Shown: positions 30,937-42,524, numbered from the stretch's first letter. The stretch: 64,000 nt of DNA from Chloroflexota bacterium (GCA_027364875.1 DAHXON010000008.1:2014-66013), one strand, 5' to 3'. The notes: generated from the letters alone by a model not told the origin. Made by a program: numbers and translations.

Positions 30937-32576
30937 GCGCCATCGCCCCAAACCTCGAGGTGGCGCCCGCCGCCCGAGGCACGCGGCTGAGGGCCGTGCT
31001 GTCCAGGGCGGTCGACCGGAACCGCAAGTTCGTGCCGCTCGGCTCGACGATCGCGCTCTTCCTGATCGTCTACCTCTACGGCTACCTGTCCTATCCGGCG
31101 ATGCAGGATGGCCAGGCCTTCTTCAATCTCTTCGACGCGGCTCCGTTCCTGATCGTCACCGTCGTCGGCGAGAGCTTCGTGATCCTCTCCGGCGGGATCG
31201 ACCTTTCGGTCAGCGGCATCCTGGCCCTGTCCACCGTGGTCGCGGCCTCGCTGCTCTACATGGGCTGGAGCCCGTGGGTGGTATTTCCGATCGTGCTCCT
31301 GGTGGGGACCATTTTCGGCGTCGTGATGGGCTGGTTCATCACGTATCTCAAGGTTCAGCCCTTCATCGCCACTCTCGCCGGCATGTGGCTGGCGCGCGGC
31401 CTGTGCTATGTCATCAGCGACGCCGAGGTCCGCATCAACAACGCGACGTACACGACCCTTGGCCAGACCAAGATCCTGATCCCGGGGCTCGCGGATCCGG
31501 TCACCAAGCGCGGCGACTACATCACGTATCTGGTGGTTGTCGCGCTCCTCATCTTCGCCTTCGGCCTCTATCTGGCGCATTTCACGCGGTTCGGGCGCAC
31601 CGTCTACGCAATGGGCGGTGGCAACGGCGCCAACGAGGTCTCGGCCCGGATGATGGGTCTGGCGGTGAACCGCACGAAGGTTCTCGTCTACACGTTCAGC
31701 GGTTTCTGCTCGGCGGTGGCCGGGATCCTGTACAGCATCTACGTAATGTCCGGCCGCGGGACGCACGGCACCGGCTTCGAGATGACGACGATCGCCGCGG
31801 TGGTCATCGGCGGCATCGCCCTGACCGGCGGCGAGGGCTACCTGATAGGTGCGCTCGTCGGCGTGCTGATCACCTCGCTGATCCAGAGCATGATCCAGTA
31901 CAACGGCCAGCTGAGCTCGTGGTGGGTCTACATCTTCATCGGCGGCCTCATGCTCATATTCATCGGCATCCAGAGCCTCGTCGCCTCCTGGAACGCCGCG
32001 GCGCTGGCCCGGGCCAAGGCCGGGGGCCACGGCCGGCCGCGACCACGAGCTGTCTGGTACAAGCGGAAGGGCACCCGGCGGGTTGCCGCCCTGGGCGCCA
32101 TCGCAATCGCGGCAATGGCGACCGTGAACGTCGTCTTCCCGTTCGTCTTCCCCAAGCAAGCCACACTGACCTGCACTCTCCAGGACATGCGGCCTCAGCA
32201 GGCAAAATCGCTGTCCGACGGCGGTGCGGTCATCGTTCTCGAGCGCAACGGCAGCACTTCCTGCGTGGATCAGCTTTACGCCATCTACGCCGATGGCAAA
32301 GTCGTTTCCGACTTCGGCGGCGGCGACACCAAGGAGACCCAGATAGGGACGGCCAAGGTCGACACCTTGCTCAAGCAGATAAACGACCTCGGCTTCTTCA
32401 CGCCCAACTTCTACACCACCTCGCATACGCCCTGCCTGGCTTGTTATCGATACTCCACGACCGTCACGTACCAGGGGCAAACCAAGACCGTAGACGCGGT
32501 AGACGGGGGGACAGACGCACCCGCGAACTACTGGATCATGAGCGGCGCCCTTACGGCAGCCGTGGCCAGGCCTTAG
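30933..32576 (+). CDS. Sugar ABC transporter permease (YjfF-like) with extra C-terminal TM helix and extracytoplasmic domain
   Basis: VILSGGIDLS, VQPFIATL, IAAVVIGG; about 180 extra C-terminal residues. Confidence 0.9.
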   Translation: MSAIAPNLEVAPAARGTRLRAVLSRAVDRNRKFVPLGSTIALFLIVYLYGYLSYPAMQDGQAFFNLFDAAPFLIVTVVGESFVILSGGIDLSVSGILALSTVVAASLLYMGWSPWVVFPIVLLVGTIFGVVMGWFITYLKVQPFIATLAGMWLARGLCYVISDAEVRINNATYTTLGQTKILIPGLADPVTKRGDYITYLVVVALLIFAFGLYLAHFTRFGRTVYAMGGGNGANEVSARMMGLAVNRTKVLVYTFSGFCSAVAGILYSIYVMSGRGTHGTGFEMTTIAAVVIGGIALTGGEGYLIGALVGVLITSLIQSMIQYNGQLSSWWVYIFIGGLMLIFIGIQSLVASWNAAALARAKAGGHGRPRPRAVWYKRKGTRRVAALGAIAIAAMATVNVVFPFVFPKQATLTCTLQDMRPQQAKSLSDGGAVIVLERNGSTSCVDQLYAIYADGKVVSDFGGGDTKETQIGTAKVDTLLKQINDLGFFTPNFYTTSHTPCLACYRYSTTVTYQGQTKTVDAVDGGTDAPANYWIMSGALTAAVARP

Positions 32577-32582
32577 TCAGCC

Positions 32583-33533
32583 ATGAGAGACGTTGCCCTT
32601 ATGAACCTCCGCAAGGTTGCCTTTCTGGTGGCCATCCTCGGGCTGGTCGGAACCGGCTGCGACTACATAGTCCCGCCCATCGATTTCTCGACGGCCACGC
32701 CCAACGTGGCCAACGAAGGCTGGGCGGGGATCGTGACGAACGTGTCCGAGGCCAGCGGGAGCCTCCACGTCGATCTGTCGATCGTCAACAAGACCGGCGA
32801 CTGGAGCGCCATGGACGTGGCCTCCAGCAAAGCCAGCGTGACGGACTCCGCGGGCAAGAGCACTACCTGCTCCAGGGTATTCGTCGGCACGGCGGTCTTC
32901 GTCAACGACGGCGGGTGGTACCTGCCGCCCGGGTTCGTCATGAAGGGCTACACCGGCGGGACCGTGGCCAAACCTGCGGTCCAGCCCATCTACGTCGAAT
33001 GCGACGGAGTTGCCAAATCCGCGGCATCCAAGCTACGGATCGACTACAGATACATCCAGGGCCCGTTCAACTACTACACCCCGTCCAAGTACATCGGCGA
33101 CTCGATGACCCTGGACCTCGCCACGGTCGTGACCGACACCAAGTACCCGGTGGCGAGCACGGTAGACAAACTGATTACCAAGTCGGATGCGGTTCTTGCC
33201 GGCATCAACAACTGCACCGTGCAGCTGACGGACGTCAAGAGGACCGACCAGGGGATCGAGCTCTCATGGCAGAGCACGAACCCGGGCGAATACCCGGCGT
33301 ACGTCCACATCGGCCTGCCTCCCGTGATCGGCAGCGACGGGATCCTGTACGGGTTCTATCAGAGCCCGCACCTGGAGACCCCGCCGATCACGCCCTCGGG
33401 CGGCGGTAAGGCAGACTGGACGACCAAGGTTGCCGTACCGGCGGACGTCAGCGGTCTCTACGTTCTGCTGCCGCTCGAGACGAAGCAGCAGAAGTACTTC
33501 GTCGATCACGTGATCGACATCACGGACAAGTAG
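32583..33533 (+). CDS. Uncharacterised lipoprotein
   Basis: Signal ending LVGTGC; beta-rich; within the ara operon. Confidence 0.8.
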   Translation: MRDVALMNLRKVAFLVAILGLVGTGCDYIVPPIDFSTATPNVANEGWAGIVTNVSEASGSLHVDLSIVNKTGDWSAMDVASSKASVTDSAGKSTTCSRVFVGTAVFVNDGGWYLPPGFVMKGYTGGTVAKPAVQPIYVECDGVAKSAASKLRIDYRYIQGPFNYYTPSKYIGDSMTLDLATVVTDTKYPVASTVDKLITKSDAVLAGINNCTVQLTDVKRTDQGIELSWQSTNPGEYPAYVHIGLPPVIGSDGILYGFYQSPHLETPPITPSGGGKADWTTKVAVPADVSGLYVLLPLETKQQKYFVDHVIDITDK

Positions 33534-33643
33534 CCAAGCCAGTCGCCAGGCGGCTCTGAGTCGCCCTGGCCCAGTAGCGCGTGGTCTCGTGGCGGACGTC
33601 GAGAGGCAGCCGCCACGAGGTGGAAGCGATCGGAGCAAGGCGA

Positions 33644-35146
33644 GTGAAATCGTTGGGCGCGTTCGAGGTCTGGTTCCTCACCGGCAGTCAGGATCTGTAC
33701 GGCGAGGAGACGCTGCGCCAGGTTGCCGTGGATTCCGAGCGGGTCGCCGCCGCGCTCGACGCGGCCGAGGCGATGCCGGTTCGGGTCGTCTTCAAGCCTG
33801 TGGTGAAGTCCGCCGAGAGCATCCTGGCCACGTGCCGCGAGGCCAATTCCGCGGACGCCTGCGTGGGTGTCATCGCCTGGATGCACACCTTCTCGCCGGC
33901 CAAGATGTGGATAGCCGGTCTCCAGGCACTTGCCAAGCCGCTGCTGCACCTTCACACGCAGTACAACCGCGATCTCCCCTGGGGCGAGATCGACATGGAC
34001 TTCATGAACCTCAACCAGTCCGCGCACGGCGACCGTGAATTCGGGTTCATCGAGACCCGGCTGGGCGTGGCACGCAAGACCGTTGTGGGCCACTGGCAGG
34101 ACCCGTACGTGGTCGATCGGATCGCCGGCTGGACGCGTGCGGCCTGTGCCCTGCGTGAAGCTCGACACCTGAAGGTTGCCCGCCTGGGCGACAACATGCG
34201 CGACGTCGCCGTGACCGAAGGAGACAAGGTCGAAGCCCAGGTTCGGCTCGGCGCATCGATAAACGGCTACGGAGTAGGGGAGCTGGCGGCGGCCATCGCG
34301 GCCGTGCCGGAGAAGGCCGTCACGGATCTCGTGGAAACCTACCGGGCCGAGTATTCGGTGGAGCCCAAGCTCCTGCCCGGCGGCGAGTACCACTCGAGCC
34401 TGCAGGATGCGGCGCGGATCGAGGCAGGTCTGCGGGCGTTCCTCGACGCCCGTGGAGCGGGCGCCTTCACGGACACCTTCGAGGATCTCGTCGGGATCCC
34501 GCACCTGCCGGGCCTGGCCGTCCAGCGGCTCATGTCCGAGGGCTACGGTTTCGGGGCCGAGGGGGACTGGAAGAGCGCGATCCTGGTCCGGCTGGTCAAG
34601 GTGATGACGGCCGGCCTTCCGGGCGGAACCTCCTTCATGGAGGACTACACGTACCACCTCAACCCGAGCGGGCAAAAGGTGCTTGGCGCTCACATGCTCG
34701 AGGTCTGCCCGAGCATTGCCGATGGCAAGCCGCGCTGCGAGATCCACCCGCTGTCCATTGGCGGCAAACCCGACCCAGTTCGCCTGGTCTTCGACGCCGG
34801 TACCGGTCCGGCCTGGGTGGCCTGCATGGTGGACCTCGGCGATCGCTTCCGGATCCTGGCCAACCAGATCGACCTCGTCGAAGGCGAGCCGCTCCCGCGC
34901 CTGCCCGTCGCCCGGGCCGTCTGGCAGCCCCGGCCGGATCTGCGAACATCGGCCGAAGCCTGGCTGACCGCCGGCGGGGCCCATCACACCGTGCTGACCC
35001 GGGCGATCGACGTGGAGGTCATGGCTGACTTCGCCGAGATGGCAAAGCTGGAGTTCGTCCTGATCGACTCGGACACTCGCATGCGCACCTTCAAAAACGA
35101 GCTACGCTGGAACCAGGCGTATTACCGACTCGCGCGAGGCTTCTAG
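33644..35146 (+). CDS. araA: L-arabinose isomerase
   Basis: [56 protein letters not shown]. Confidence 0.97.
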   Translation: MKSLGAFEVWFLTGSQDLYGEETLRQVAVDSERVAAALDAAEAMPVRVVFKPVVKSAESILATCREANSADACVGVIAWMHTFSPAKMWIAGLQALAKPLLHLHTQYNRDLPWGEIDMDFMNLNQSAHGDREFGFIETRLGVARKTVVGHWQDPYVVDRIAGWTRAACALREARHLKVARLGDNMRDVAVTEGDKVEAQVRLGASINGYGVGELAAAIAAVPEKAVTDLVETYRAEYSVEPKLLPGGEYHSSLQDAARIEAGLRAFLDARGAGAFTDTFEDLVGIPHLPGLAVQRLMSEGYGFGAEGDWKSAILVRLVKVMTAGLPGGTSFMEDYTYHLNPSGQKVLGAHMLEVCPSIADGKPRCEIHPLSIGGKPDPVRLVFDAGTGPAWVACMVDLGDRFRILANQIDLVEGEPLPRLPVARAVWQPRPDLRTSAEAWLTAGGAHHTVLTRAIDVEVMADFAEMAKLEFVLIDSDTRMRTFKNELRWNQAYYRLARGF

Positions 35147-35180
35147 CCAGGTGAGTCCCGCGCCGGTGCCCGAGGAATCC

Positions 35181-35897
35181 ATGCCGTCGCAATCGTTGGC
35201 CGAGCTTCGCGAGCAGGTGCTCCTGGCCAATCTCGCCCTCGTCAAGTCCGGGCTCGTAACCCTTTCATGGGGCAACGCAAGCGGGGTGGATCGCGTCGCG
35301 GGGGTGATGGTCATCAAGCCGAGCGGCGTGCCATATGACCGCCTTCGCTCGGAGGATCTCGTCGTCGTGTCCATCGAGGACGGCCGCGTGGTGGCAGGAG
35401 ACCTGCGGCCGTCCTCAGACACTCCGACCCATCTCCGCCTCTATCGAGCGTTCCCCGAGATCGGAGGGGTCGTTCACACTCATTCTCGCTGGGCAACCTC
35501 ATGGGCCCAGGCAGGCCGTTCCATACCTCCCTTCGGCACGACACACGCTGACCATTTCCATGGGGCCGTGCCGGTGACTCGTCCACTCCTTCGGGATGAA
35601 GTCGAAGGCAGCTACGAAGCCGAGACCGGGGAAGTGATCCTGGAAACCATCACTTCCCTCGGCCTCGGTCCGGTCGAGATGCCGGGCATACTCGTCGCTT
35701 CACATGGTCCTTTCACCTGGGGCCACGACGCGCCCGACGCCGCCGCCAACGCGGTCGCGCTCGAGGCCGTGGCGGCGATGGCCAGCGAGACGATCAGACT
35801 GAACCCGACCGCGAAGCCCGTGCCGGACTATCTGATCGATCGACATTACTTGCGCAAGCATGGGCCGAGCGCTTACTACGGACAGAAGGATCATTGA
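35181..35897 (+). CDS. araD: L-ribulose-5-phosphate 4-epimerase
   Basis: WGNAS, KPSGV, PSSDTPTH, HTHS, GTTHAD, HGPFTWG, RKHG..AYYGQ. Confidence 0.96.
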   Translation: MPSQSLAELREQVLLANLALVKSGLVTLSWGNASGVDRVAGVMVIKPSGVPYDRLRSEDLVVVSIEDGRVVAGDLRPSSDTPTHLRLYRAFPEIGGVVHTHSRWATSWAQAGRSIPPFGTTHADHFHGAVPVTRPLLRDEVEGSYEAETGEVILETITSLGLGPVEMPGILVASHGPFTWGHDAPDAAANAVALEAVAAMASETIRLNPTAKPVPDYLIDRHYLRKHGPSAYYGQKDH

Positions 35898-35969
35898 GGT
35901 GCGGCCGCCAGTCCCGCGCGGGAGATCGGCGACGGGCAGGCGCGGTCGGCAGACGCCGAGGAGGATGCG

Positions 35970-37574
35970 GTGAACCAGCAACAGGACCGCGCGGCAGAGC
36001 TTGTGCGGTCAGGTAACGCCGTTCTCGGAATCGAGTTCGGCTCGACTCGCATCAAGGCCTCCCTCATCGCTCCCGACACGACGCCCCTGGCTGCCGGCTC
36101 TTATGCCTGGGAGAACCAGCTCGAGGACGGCGTCTGGACGTATCACCTGGACGACGTCTGGAAGGGCCTTGCGGACTGCTACGCGTCGCTCGTGAAGGAC
36201 GTGCGGGCGCGCTATTCGGTGGAGCTGGCGACCGTTGCGGCCATCGGCTTCAGCGGCATGATGCACGGGTATGTGGCTCTGGACGCGGATGGGCAGTTGC
36301 TGGTGCCGTTCCGGACCTGGCGGAACAACATCACCGGCAGGGCCTGCGGCGAGCTGACCCCGCTCCTCGACTTTGCCGTGCCGCAGCGCTGGAGCATCGC
36401 CCACCTGTATCAGTCGATCCTCGACGAGCAGCCGCACGTGACGCAGATCGCTCACCTCACCACGCTGGCGGGCTATGTCCACTGGAGACTGACGGGCGAG
36501 CACATGATGGGCATCGGCGAAGCCTCCGGAATGTTCCCCATCGACCCGCTCAGCCGTGACTGGGACGCCGGGCGCATGGCGAAGTTCGACGCCCTCATCG
36601 CCCCGCGCAAGCTCGGTTGGCGGCTCCGGGACATACTCCCCACCGTCCTGCCTGCCGGCCGCCCGGCCGGCAAGCTCACAGCGGAAGGGGCGAAGCTGCT
36701 CGACCCATCCGGCAGGCTCCCGGCGGGAATCCCGCTCTGCCCACCCGAGGGCGACGCGGGCACCGGAATGGTCGCGACCAATGCGGTTCGGCCGCGCTCG
36801 GGCAACGTCTCCGCCGGCACCTCGGTCTTCGCCATGATCGTGCTGGAGAAGAGCCTGTCGCGCGTCCACGAGGAGATCGACATCGTGGTCACGCCCGACG
36901 GGAAGCCCGTGGCCATGGCCCACTCCAACAACGGTTCCTCCGACCTCGACGCCTGGATCGCCCTATTCGGCCAGGTGGCCAGGGCCCTCGGCGTGGATCC
37001 GAGCGTCGACGATCTGTACGGCAAGCTCCTGCCGCTGGCGGCGAAGGCAGACCCGGACGCAGGCGGTCTTCTGGCCATCAACTACATCTCCGGCGAGCAT
37101 CTGACCGGCTTCACCGAGGGTCGGCCGCTCTTCGCGCGGGACCAGAGCGGCAAGTTCACCCTGGAGAACTTCATGCGGGCGATGTACTTCGCCTCCCTCT
37201 GCGCTTTGCGAACCGGCCTGAACATCCTCACCGTCGAGGAGGGCGTGGTCGTCGAGGAGATCCGCGGCCACGGCGGCTTCTTCAAGGGCGGCGACACGGG
37301 CCAGCGGATGATGGCGGCCGCTCTCAACGTCCCCGTCAGCATCCCGGCCACCGCGGGCGAGGGCGGTGCCTGGGGGATGGCCGTGCTTGCCGCGTACATG
37401 CTTCGCGCCGACGCCGGACAGTCGCTGCCCGACTACCTGGACGGGCTCATCAACGAGAGCATCGGCAGACCCGTCCACCCCGAGCCACGGGACGTCGCGG
37501 GATTTGCGGAGTTCTTCGCCCGCCACGCCAGGGGACTCGCCATCGAGCGTGAGGCCGTCAAGGCCCTGAGTTGA
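35970..37574 (+). CDS. araB: FGGY-family L-ribulokinase (Gram-positive araB type)
   Basis: [50 protein letters not shown]; ara operon context. Confidence 0.88.
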   Translation: MNQQQDRAAELVRSGNAVLGIEFGSTRIKASLIAPDTTPLAAGSYAWENQLEDGVWTYHLDDVWKGLADCYASLVKDVRARYSVELATVAAIGFSGMMHGYVALDADGQLLVPFRTWRNNITGRACGELTPLLDFAVPQRWSIAHLYQSILDEQPHVTQIAHLTTLAGYVHWRLTGEHMMGIGEASGMFPIDPLSRDWDAGRMAKFDALIAPRKLGWRLRDILPTVLPAGRPAGKLTAEGAKLLDPSGRLPAGIPLCPPEGDAGTGMVATNAVRPRSGNVSAGTSVFAMIVLEKSLSRVHEEIDIVVTPDGKPVAMAHSNNGSSDLDAWIALFGQVARALGVDPSVDDLYGKLLPLAAKADPDAGGLLAINYISGEHLTGFTEGRPLFARDQSGKFTLENFMRAMYFASLCALRTGLNILTVEEGVVVEEIRGHGGFFKGGDTGQRMMAAALNVPVSIPATAGEGGAWGMAVLAAYMLRADAGQSLPDYLDGLINESIGRPVHPEPRDVAGFAEFFARHARGLAIEREAVKALS

Positions 37575-37841
37575 GGTAGACTGAGCCGGGAGCCGTCACA
37601 GGCTTCCGGCGGTGCTCGTCTCCAACCGCTCCATCGGTCCCCATGACCGTCCCGCGTCGTGTGCTTGTTCGTCCCGATGATGACAGGCCATCGCGGTCCT
37701 CCGGAGCGGGAGATGTGCTCCCTGCCATCCCCTGTCACCAAAAGACAACGTCGCGTTAATCGCACGACGAGGCCGGGGATCCTATCCTGCCCACTCGCTC
37801 AAGTCGCGGAAATCGGGGAGCCGCGACGATCAGGAGAAACC

Positions 37842-38237
37842 ATGCAAGCTCACAAGAACATGATCGCTCTGATTGCCCATGACGGTCGCAAGGCCGACAT
37901 GGTCGCTTTTGCCACCTACAACCGCGACCGCCTCGCCACCTTCGATCTGGTCGCGACCGAAACCACCGGGACCCTGCTCATCGAGAAGGTCGGTCTCGAA
38001 TGCGAGCGCGTCCGATCCGGACCCCACGGCGGCGACGCCCAGATCGCGGCGATGGTCGCCGAGGGTCGTGTGCGTGCCGTCATCTTTCTGGTCGATCCGC
38101 TGACGTCGCACCCGCACGATCCGGACATCCAGACGGTCATGCGGGTCTGCAACGTTCACAACGTGCCGATCGCGACCAACATCGCCGGTGCGGACCTGTT
38201 CGTTGCCTCGGAGCTGTTCGACGCGGTAGCCGCCTGA
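37842..38237 (+). CDS. mgsA: Methylglyoxal synthase
   Basis: IALIAHD, SGPHGGDAQI, DPLTSHPHDPD, CNVHNVPIATN. Confidence 0.95.
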   Translation: MQAHKNMIALIAHDGRKADMVAFATYNRDRLATFDLVATETTGTLLIEKVGLECERVRSGPHGGDAQIAAMVAEGRVRAVIFLVDPLTSHPHDPDIQTVMRVCNVHNVPIATNIAGADLFVASELFDAVAA

Positions 38238-38402
38238 TCGGGCCGCCCCAATCGACCGGTGGGCCGCGGCAACGCGCGGCTCAATCTCCCCAACTTGAGG
38301 GATGAGGTGAGCGTCGGCCCGTTGCTACCATGGCCGGGAATCTCATCCCGAGGGCAGGCTACGCGAGGCTGATCAGGTGGCGCCCGACCGCCGGCGGGAT
38401 CC

Positions 38403-40811
38403 ATGGTCCTGAGCCGACGTCTCTACTTCGCGAGCATCGCGGTCATTGCCCTCAGCATGGCCGGCGGCACGTGGGGATTCCTTTCGTACTCCCCAGCTGA
38501 GCGAACACCACTCCAGATAGTGTTCGGCGTCGTCGTGCCGCTCGTCATCCTCGTCGTCGTGACTGCGAGCCGCGGGCGCCGCGGCTACCTGCTCGTAGCT
38601 GCCGTCGGCCTGATCGACCTCGAGTCCGCGCTGCTTGGAACGGGGCCTCTGATCACGCTCCCGTTCGTGATCGCCGTGCCGCTGATAGCCGTGAGTTTCG
38701 GGGCGCGCCTCGTACCTCCCAAGCAGCTGCCGATCGTCTATGCCGCGGCATGGCTCGCCGGCACGGTCGGCTTCGGCCTCGCGGTGGGTCGAATCCCGAC
38801 CCAGGGATTCGGACAGACGGCCGCGGGCATGACGGCTTTCATGGTCGTAGACGCGTTTGCACTGGCGGCCCTATGGCATCTCGAAGCAGCCCGGATGAGT
38901 GCTCTCGAAGCTCTTGCGGTTGCCGAGTCCCAGGCTCGTGACCTCATCAAGGGAGTGGAGCTGTTCGGCGTCAATGTCGGCCGCGATTCCCGGATCGACT
39001 TCATCAACGACTACGCGCTGCGGCTGACGGGCTGGACGCGAGACGAGATCATCGGCAAGGACTGGTGGGACACGTTCGCCACGCCCGAGAGGAGGGAGCA
39101 GGCCCGGGAGAACTTCCGGCACGTGGTGGCGGGCGAGCGCGAGATGGCCCATCGCCGCCAGAGCCCGATCCTCACGCGTTCGGGCGAGGTCCGGATCATG
39201 CGCTGGAGCCACGTGCATCGGCGCGGGCCGGACGGGGCATTCATCGGCCTGGCCAGCCTCGCGGAAGACATCACGGCGATGGAGGCCGCGGCGGAAGAAA
39301 GGCGGCGCAACCAGGAGCTGGTTTCCAACCTGGTCGTGGGCTCTCCGCTCGCGGCCGCGGTCCTGACGCTCGATCGCACCGTCCAGCTCTGGAACCCGGC
39401 GGCCGCGGAGCTGCTCGGCTGGACCGAGGAAGAGGTGCTCGGAAAACCCATCCCGCCGGTCTTCCTGGCTCGAGATCGCTGGACCATCGGCCGGCTGTTC
39501 GTCCGGGCCGCTCGCGGGGAGCCGCCCGAGCACCGACTCGTTCAGCTGGTGCGCAAGGACGGTCAGACAGTCCTGGCACGGTTCTACGTGGGCACGGTCC
39601 GGGACCGAGACGATCGGCCCATGGCTGTCTCCGTGCAGGCTCGCGACGTCACCGCAATCCACGCGATGGAAGAGAAGCTTCGCGAAGCCCAGCAGATGGA
39701 GGCGATCGGCCGGCTGGCGGGAGGCGTAGCCCACGACTTCAACAACAGCCTCACCGCGATCGGTGGCTTTGCTTCATTGATCGCCTCGAGCACAAGCGAG
39801 GAGGAGACGCGCGTCGGCGCGGAGACGATCCTGCAGGCTTCACGCCGCGCCGCCGACCTCACCCGGGAGCTGCTCGCGTACTCCCGCCGCTCGCTTCTCA
39901 AGCCGCAGACCATCGACGTCAACGAGCTGCTCGTTTCGGTCAAGCCGGTGGTCGTCAGCCTGCTCGGCCCCGCGGTCTCACTCGTGATCGAGGCGGACAC
40001 GCCTCAGGCTCTCGTACGCGTGGACCCGGGCGGCCTCGAGCGAGCGATCGTGAACCTGGCGACGAACGCGCGGGACGCGATGCCGGACGGTGGGATCGTC
40101 ACTATCTCGACTCGCGCCGAGCTCGCGGACGCCTCGGAGCCCGGGCAGCGATGGATCTGCATCAGCGTCGTCGACGCCGGATCGGGCATCCCGGCCGAGG
40201 CCCAGTCGAAAGTATTCGACCCGTTCTACACCACCAAGCCGGTAGGCTCGGGCACGGGCCTGGGCCTGGCCATGGTCAAGGGGTTCGTGATCCAGTCCGG
40301 GGGCCAGGTCAGCCTCAGTTCAGAGCCCGGTCGCGGCACGGCGATCGAGATCAGGCTTCCGGAGGCGGTCGCCACCTCCGGAGTCGCCGCCCAGCCTCAG
40401 GTGCTGCCGCCACCCGGCGGGAACGAGACGATCCTTCTGGTCGAGGACGACCCGGCGGTCGCCGCCCTGGGCTTCCGCATCCTCAGTCTCAACGGCTATC
40501 GAGTTCTGCTCGCGGACTCCGCCGGCGCCGCGCTGAGCCTGCTGCGCGGGCATTTCGAGCGGATAGACCTTTTCCTCGTGGACGTCATGCTGCCCGACAA
40601 GCGCGGCCCGGTGCTCGTCGATTCGGCCCGACCGATCCATCCGGAGGCAGCGGTGCTATATGCCTCCGGCTACTCGGGCGAAGCGATGTCTCGAGCTGGT
40701 GAGCTACCCCCCGGCATCGACCTGATCGAGAAACCCTACGAGCCGGAGGAGCTGCTGACCCGAGTCAGGTCGATCCTGGACCGGGCGGAGGAGGATCGGC
40801 TGGCGGGGTAG
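38403..40811 (+). CDS. Hybrid sensor histidine kinase (TM, two PAS, HisKA, HATPase, REC)
   Basis: GRLAGGVAHDFNN, NLATNARDAM, PFYTTK..GTGLGL, ILLVED receiver. Confidence 0.95.
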   Translation: MVLSRRLYFASIAVIALSMAGGTWGFLSYSPAERTPLQIVFGVVVPLVILVVVTASRGRRGYLLVAAVGLIDLESALLGTGPLITLPFVIAVPLIAVSFGARLVPPKQLPIVYAAAWLAGTVGFGLAVGRIPTQGFGQTAAGMTAFMVVDAFALAALWHLEAARMSALEALAVAESQARDLIKGVELFGVNVGRDSRIDFINDYALRLTGWTRDEIIGKDWWDTFATPERREQARENFRHVVAGEREMAHRRQSPILTRSGEVRIMRWSHVHRRGPDGAFIGLASLAEDITAMEAAAEERRRNQELVSNLVVGSPLAAAVLTLDRTVQLWNPAAAELLGWTEEEVLGKPIPPVFLARDRWTIGRLFVRAARGEPPEHRLVQLVRKDGQTVLARFYVGTVRDRDDRPMAVSVQARDVTAIHAMEEKLREAQQMEAIGRLAGGVAHDFNNSLTAIGGFASLIASSTSEEETRVGAETILQASRRAADLTRELLAYSRRSLLKPQTIDVNELLVSVKPVVVSLLGPAVSLVIEADTPQALVRVDPGGLERAIVNLATNARDAMPDGGIVTISTRAELADASEPGQRWICISVVDAGSGIPAEAQSKVFDPFYTTKPVGSGTGLGLAMVKGFVIQSGGQVSLSSEPGRGTAIEIRLPEAVATSGVAAQPQVLPPPGGNETILLVEDDPAVAALGFRILSLNGYRVLLADSAGAALSLLRGHFERIDLFLVDVMLPDKRGPVLVDSARPIHPEAAVLYASGYSGEAMSRAGELPPGIDLIEKPYEPEELLTRVRSILDRAEEDRLAG

Positions 40812-41061
40812 CCCCGGCGGCCGCCATCGGGACGGCATCAACGGGGACGATCGTGCCGGCGGGCTGCGCCACGGCCGGTTCGTTCGGTCCGACGGGCCCG
40901 CCCCGGGGCGTCCGGTCGGCGTCGCTCGAAGGTCCATGCGGCACGGCAGCCGCCCCGGCCGGACGTGTACCATGCGAGAGCCATTCCATGGACCCACTCC
41001 TGGCATCGGCCTGCGCCGCAAGGGCGAGTGTCGGAATGCCGGGCATTCAGGAGAGAATCGC

Positions 41062-42465
41062 ATGCCCCAGGTTGCCGGCTCCGTCAAGGAGCTCCTCGCC
41101 GCCCTCGACGGCATCGTCCGCGTCGACGGCGACAAGCTCGTCGTGGTCGACGAGAACGCGCTCCGCACTCGCGGCGCCTACGACCTTGCCTGGACCGCCA
41201 CGTTCAGCGAGGACGAGGCCACCGTCGAGGCCGCCCGCTGGATCGTCTGGGAAGCCAGCCAGGCCGTCGGAGCCCGTTCGGCCAGCATCCAGGAGCTCTA
41301 CAAGGCACGCTCGCGCGGCGAGTACGAGGGAATGACCGTTCCGGCGATCAACCTTCGCGCCCAGACGTTCGACATGGCCCGCGTCATCCTCGAGACGGCC
41401 AGGAAGAACGACAGCGCCGCGGTCATCTTCGAGCTCGCCCGGTCCGAGCAGACCTACACCTACCAGCGCGTCTTCGAATACGCCACGAGCGTTCTCGCGG
41501 GCGCCATCGCGGCCGGCTGGAAGGGACCCGTCTTCATCCAGGGCGACCACTACCAGTTCAACGCCAAGAAGTACGCGGCGGACGCGGAGAAGGTCACCGA
41601 AGAGATCCGCAAGGCCTGCCGCGACGCCATCGCCGCCGGGTACCGCAACATCGACATCGACAGCTCCACGCTCGTCGATCTCGGCCCGGAGACGCTCGAC
41701 GCCCAGCAGCACCAGAACTACATGCGTGCCGCCGAGTTGACGGCCCTCATCCGCTCCCTCGAGGTCGACGGCGTGACCGTCAGCGTCGGCGGCGAGATCG
41801 GCGAAGTCGGCAAGAAGAACTCCACTCCCGCCGAGCTCAAGGCCTATCTCGACGGCTACCGACGCGAGCTCGATGCACGCGCGAAGGGCGCGATCGGCCT
41901 GTCGAAGGTCTCCGTCCAGACCGGCACCAGCCACGGCGGCACCCCCCTCGCCGATGGCGGCGTCGCCGAAGTCGCCCTCGACTTCAACGTCCTGGCCGAG
42001 CTCTCCAAGGTAGCTCGCGAGTACGGACTCTCCGGCGCGGTCCAGCACGGCGCCAGCACCCTGCCGGAGGACATGTTCCACAAGTTCCCGCCCACCGGTT
42101 GCGCCGAGATCCATCTCGCCACCGGCTTCCAGAACGCCCTGTACGAGCACCCGGCCTTCCCGGCCGAGCTGCACAAGGCGATCGAGACGTGGTGCTTCGA
42201 GAACGCCGCCGACGAGCGCAAGCCCGGCCAGACGGACATCCAGTTCGTCTACACCTCGCGCAAGAAGGCCATCGGCCCGTTCAAGCGCCAGCTCTGGGAT
42301 CTGCCGACCAAGGATCAGATCCTCGCTTCGCAGGCCGTCAAGATCGACTTCCTCTTCAAGCAGCTCGGCACCCCGGGGAGCCGCGCGCTCGTCGAGAAGT
42401 ACGTCAAGCCGGTTGAGTACCACAAGCCCATGCCGGAAGCCCTCAAGGCCGCCGTCGCCAAGTAG
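41062..42465 (+). CDS. Class II fructose/tagatose-bisphosphate aldolase family, long form
   Basis: QGDH, DSS, EIGEVG, GTSHGG, QHGAS metal-ligand motifs; strong codon bias. Confidence 0.85.
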   Translation: MPQVAGSVKELLAALDGIVRVDGDKLVVVDENALRTRGAYDLAWTATFSEDEATVEAARWIVWEASQAVGARSASIQELYKARSRGEYEGMTVPAINLRAQTFDMARVILETARKNDSAAVIFELARSEQTYTYQRVFEYATSVLAGAIAAGWKGPVFIQGDHYQFNAKKYAADAEKVTEEIRKACRDAIAAGYRNIDIDSSTLVDLGPETLDAQQHQNYMRAAELTALIRSLEVDGVTVSVGGEIGEVGKKNSTPAELKAYLDGYRRELDARAKGAIGLSKVSVQTGTSHGGTPLADGGVAEVALDFNVLAELSKVAREYGLSGAVQHGASTLPEDMFHKFPPTGCAEIHLATGFQNALYEHPAFPAELHKAIETWCFENAADERKPGQTDIQFVYTSRKKAIGPFKRQLWDLPTKDQILASQAVKIDFLFKQLGTPGSRALVEKYVKPVEYHKPMPEALKAAVAK

Positions 42466-42485
42466 CTCGTTTCCTGGTAGAAGCA

Positions 42486-42513
42486 CGAAGGGCGCCCTCC
42501 GGGGCGCCTTTCG
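42486..42513. terminator. Hairpin terminator between convergent genes
   Basis: CGAAGGGCGCCC-tccg-GGGCGCCTTTCG. Confidence 0.7.
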
Positions 42514-42524
42514 ATTCGGCGCCG

